In this document: positions 60,985 to 64,000 of the stretch, piece by piece
How the letters are laid out: the number at the start of each line of letters is the position of its first letter
How positions within the stretch are numbered: position 1 is the stretch's first letter
DNA from: a virus
Lineage: Duplodnaviria > Caudoviricetes
DNA: 64,000 bases
Reading direction: 5' to 3' (one strand)
IMG/VR virus record: IMGVR_UViG_3300030055_000003
The notes under the pieces: generated by a model
Databases searched by the model: none
Told to the model about the DNA's origin: nothing
Seen by the model: only the letters and a program-made list of their open reading frames with translations
Made by a program: the position numbers and the translations under genes

Positions 60985-61215
60985 ATTATCACGCTTCCTC
61001 TATTCTGTTAATTTGTTTATTATGTATTTACTATCTACTATAGTTCGTCTAGCGTTGCACTAGATTTATTTTTATGTCTTAACTTGATTGCTTGAATTGT
61101 TTGTTCCTTATCTATGTATTAAGTATATAATAAATTAATAGAAATATCAATAGAAACCATTCGACAAATTTTGATAAAACTTATGTTTTATTTTAAGTTT
61201 TATATAAAAATTTAT

Positions 61216-61244
61216 TTGACTTTAATTTAATATCTATATATAAT
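61216..61244 (+). promoter_or_regulatory. Near-consensus plus-strand sigmaA promoter
   Basis: TTGACT-N17-TATAAT. Confidence 0.8.
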
Positions 61245-61250
61245 TAAGAT

Positions 61251-61368
61251 GCTTAGTGCTACGAACACTAAGTTTTATTCATTGGTACTTGAATACTATC
61301 ATAGCTATTGGATGATTTGTTTCTTAAAAGAGTGTTTGTTATGTCTAAATCATTAAGCACTCTTTTTG
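61251..61368 (+). ncRNA. Putative ~120-nt small RNA
   Basis: Own promoter, 5' hairpin CTTAGTG-CTACGAA-CACTAAG, 3' terminator 61326-61367, no RBS-led ORF. Confidence 0.55.
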
Positions 61369-61448
61369 TGTTTCTTTCACAATCTAATATGTAATTTTAT
61401 TGTAACTTTTGTTTTTGTAAGTAAGTCCCTAATATTTTACAATTCAAA

Positions 61449-62246
61449 TTATATTCTTTCATTATCATATTCTTCCAATTCTTGTACTGTTTTAATTGCC
61501 TGTTTTATATCTATATCTTTTGGTTGTTTTACAAAGAATAATCTTTGCATTAACATTCCTATTACATATAATGGATATGTTATACAATACAAAATCTTAC
61601 TATCACTTGAACTAATTTCATAAACTAATGAAGTCATTATAAAATATCTAATCATATAATCATCAATAAGAAATTTTAACAGTAATAATATAATTATTTG
61701 CATTCCATAAAAATTACTGCCACATCTACTATGCACTACACTAGATTTTTTAATTTTATTTATATCATTTATACTAATTTTATGAAACTTATTATAATAA
61801 TTACTTATCATATGTTCTGCTCCATGAAGTTCTGCAATATTTTTATCAAACAATACTGAAAACCCGTGAATTAACATAAATAAAATATATACATAATCCA
61901 TTAGAGATATTCTAAAAATAATATTATCTAAAAGATATAAAAACAAAGCCATAATATCAAATATATTTATTGTTATTTTTCTCTTTTTCTTATCACCTTT
62001 ACTTACCTTTTGCATAAAGAAAATATAAATTCCTCTTATAAATGGTATTTGTGTATATTTATTATTTTCAGTCATTTTATTAGAAGTAACTTTTATTTCT
62101 AATTCATTATCTTTAAATATAGATTCTGCTTTATAATGGTCTGAATATAAAATTAGTTTCTTACCATCCGCTTCTCCACCCAAAATGTCCATTTTTACCA
62201 CCTTATTTTTAATAATATTATTTGTATTCTTTGGCAATTTCTTCAA
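61449..62246 (-). CDS. DUF1385-family membrane protein
   Basis: GGEADG, PFIRG, HGAEH, RCGS motifs; TM segments. Confidence 0.8.
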   Translation of the reverse strand: MKKLPKNTNNIIKNKVVKMDILGGEADGKKLILYSDHYKAESIFKDNELEIKVTSNKMTENNKYTQIPFIRGIYIFFMQKVSKGDKKKRKITINIFDIMALFLYLLDNIIFRISLMDYVYILFMLIHGFSVLFDKNIAELHGAEHMISNYYNKFHKISINDINKIKKSSVVHSRCGSNFYGMQIIILLLLKFLIDDYMIRYFIMTSLVYEISSSDSKILYCITYPLYVIGMLMQRLFFVKQPKDIDIKQAIKTVQELEEYDNERI

Positions 62247-62391
62247 TTGAAAATCACTCCTTAATTATAATATTATATATCATTATTGAATATTTCTCTA
62301 TATATTTAATATTTATTTATAATTTTTATCCATACTTTCCTTTGATTAATTTATTAAATTTCAAAATAAAAATACTAATTTTAACAATTCA

Positions 62392-62574
62392 TTATTTGAT
62401 ATATTTTCTATACTCTTTATAAAAGTCTTTACCTTTTTCTTTTAATATATCTTCTAAGGCTCTTTGTTGATCTGTTCCAATCATCATATGTAAACTACAA
62501 GTAAAATATACTTGTCTGCATTGTCCACTAAAATTACCTCCACATCTTAAATTATTGCAATTATGAGTAATCAT
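62392..62574 (-). CDS. Small Cys-containing protein
   Basis: ORF. Confidence 0.6.
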   Translation of the reverse strand: MITHNCNNLRCGGNFSGQCRQVYFTCSLHMMIGTDQQRALEDILKEKGKDFYKEYRKYIK

Positions 62575-62598
62575 TTTTCACCTTCTTTTTATATTATT

Positions 62599-63258
62599 CT
62601 AAATTCCTAGTAACATATTAGATTTTTTATACAAATCCATTAGTTTATTATATAACTCATCTCCATATTGAGTTTTAATAATACCATTTTGAACAACTTT
62701 ATAAAATAATTTTGGATGAACCGCTCCACAACTTTCAAAACAATCATCGTCTTTATATTCTTCCCATTTCTTAGAATCAATACGTTTTATATGTCCTTGT
62801 TTAACTTTGTATCGTCCACAATCAAAAGGTGTAATACATTCTAATATAATTGTATTGAATCCAGTTCCTTCAATTAATTTATTTAATCTGACTTCTTTTA
62901 ATAATTCTTTTTCAATTATTTCTATTTCAGCTTCGACACTTTCAAAAGTTTCAGTAATTTCTATTGATTCTATAGTTTCTTTTTTAACTTCTTCAACTAA
63001 TTTAGATACTGGAACTATTCTATCTTTTTTAATTTTCTTCTCAGCAACTTCTGTTTTATGTGTACAAATTGATTCATATTCAAGAGTAACTAATATATAT
63101 GATTTACTTATATCTTCAATTTTAACTATCTTTTCTGAATATCCAAAAGAACAAGCTAATATATCACCAACAATTAACTTTTCTGCTTTTATTCCATCTG
63201 CATAACCTACACCAGTTAATTTTACTTTTCCATCAAATTCTCTTTTCATATAAATCAA
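62599..63258 (-). CDS. Hypothetical protein
   Basis: Downstream of sigmaA promoter. Confidence 0.7.
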   Translation of the reverse strand: MIYMKREFDGKVKLTGVGYADGIKAEKLIVGDILACSFGYSEKIVKIEDISKSYILVTLEYESICTHKTEVAEKKIKKDRIVPVSKLVEEVKKETIESIEITETFESVEAEIEIIEKELLKEVRLNKLIEGTGFNTIILECITPFDCGRYKVKQGHIKRIDSKKWEEYKDDDCFESCGAVHPKLFYKVVQNGIIKTQYGDELYNKLMDLYKKSNMLLGI

Positions 63259-63366
63259 TCTCCTTTATTCTTTTTAATTTGTTTTACTTCTTATATATAG
63301 TATACCAAGTAATTTATGATATTGCAATATATATTTTAAATAAATTAATATAATAATAAAATATAT

Positions 63367-63999
63367 TTATCTCTCAGCAAGTGGAATCGGTCTAACTTCT
63401 AATAGTTTACCATCTTGAATAATAACCTTGCATTTTTCACCTACATTCCAGCCGTCAGAACCTTCTTCATTTTCAAACGTGTATTTATTACCATTCACAT
63501 CTAAAGTCGCTATATTGCCCTGTATTGAGTCTATAGTGGTATTATATATAGTCGGTTGATTATCAACTACACAATCTACTATTTTATTATTATTATTGTT
63601 AAAAGTAATGTTAATAGCTTCATTCAAGTAATATTCTCTTGGCTCGTCTACATAAAACTTATATAAATGGCTATCTTTTTCAATTGTAACAGAATTATCT
63701 AAATAATCTAAGGATTGAATATTTACATCACTATTAATATACGTTGTCTTATCTTTATATACTGTTACTACATCGCCTTTAGAGTTAGTATAATGATTTA
63801 ATATACTTGAATCGTTTGTATCTGCCATAGTTGGTATAACTGTCATTATTGTGATTACTCCTGTTATTACTGCACTTTTAATTAATCCTCTTATTGTTCT
63901 CATATTATTACTTCCTTTCAAATTTGTTTTATTTTGGTTTTGTTGTTCTTGTATTACGGTCAAAGATTCTATTTGTAATTGTGATTGCATTTTATACAT
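63367..63999 (-). CDS. Secreted/membrane-anchored protein with repeated beta domains
   Basis: Signal peptide from MRTIRG...PTMA; two similar OB-like repeats. Confidence 0.65.
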   Translation of the reverse strand: MYKMQSQLQIESLTVIQEQQNQNKTNLKGSNNMRTIRGLIKSAVITGVITIMTVIPTMADTNDSSILNHYTNSKGDVVTVYKDKTTYINSDVNIQSLDYLDNSVTIEKDSHLYKFYVDEPREYYLNEAINITFNNNNNKIVDCVVDNQPTIYNTTIDSIQGNIATLDVNGNKYTFENEEGSDGWNVGEKCKVIIQDGKLLEVRPIPLAER

Positions 64000-64000
64000 T

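Larger units (their letters stand above)
1..64000 (-). mobile_element. Early/accessory and immunity region of a large SPbeta-like temperate phage or prophage (probable Clostridium host)
   Basis: Dense co-oriented short ORFs, antirepressors, methyltransferases, homing endonucleases, MrpR-like repressors; no host housekeeping operons. Confidence 0.9.

Noticed and set aside
61249-61356. 35-codon plus-strand ORF within the sRNA
   Set aside because: No RBS, and the ATG lies at or before the predicted transcription start.
5413-63205. Numerous plus-strand ORFs in the track (e.g. 17735..18073, 19307..19789, 53347..53649, 62807..63205)
   Set aside because: Antisense shadows of convincing minus-strand genes: no RBS, and the low-complexity F/L/I/S composition expected from AT-rich reverse frames.
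1-64000. CRISPR array or tRNA genes
   Set aside because: No regularly spaced 28-37-bp repeats and no cloverleaf with T/D-loop consensus seen; the repeated motifs are dispersed operators.

Overview
A very AT-rich 64-kb segment of a large temperate phage or prophage of a low-GC Firmicute, most likely a Clostridium. It has strong AGGAGG ribosome-binding sites, sigmaA-type promoters and SPbeta-like gene content. Nearly all genes lie on the minus strand and are short early or accessory ORFs; no structural, lysis, tRNA or CRISPR loci were seen. Recognisable products include a guanylate kinase, an MmcB-like nuclease, two tandem Dam-type and one C5 DNA methyltransferase, an EVE/PUA-nuclease fusion, three homing-type endonucleases, an intact XerC/D-like recombinase, Rha and ANT-ORF6C antirepressors, two XRE regulators, and HicA-domain, GNAT, DUF1385 and ParB-like proteins. 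The most notable part is the 27.4-33.3 kb control region. There, a DGQHR/DndB-like plus MrpR-like repressor pair (resembling SPbeta SroE/SroF) lies upstream of an operon encoding an orphan extended MazF, an HTH-less helical receptor-like protein, and an unannotated 34-aa secreted pro-peptide (MNKSKVKVFVLMAVIAIATMASQISCYA-ISSGRG). This is a candidate arbitrium-like peptide communication system with a phage-encoded MazF. Other hidden elements are a U3-A8 variant hammerhead ribozyme, a plus-strand sRNA, a 16-bp operator repeated at least 20 times, a second promoter-like palindrome, and LexA-like boxes on a monocistronic ORF. All family calls come from motif recognition by eye; no database searches were run.
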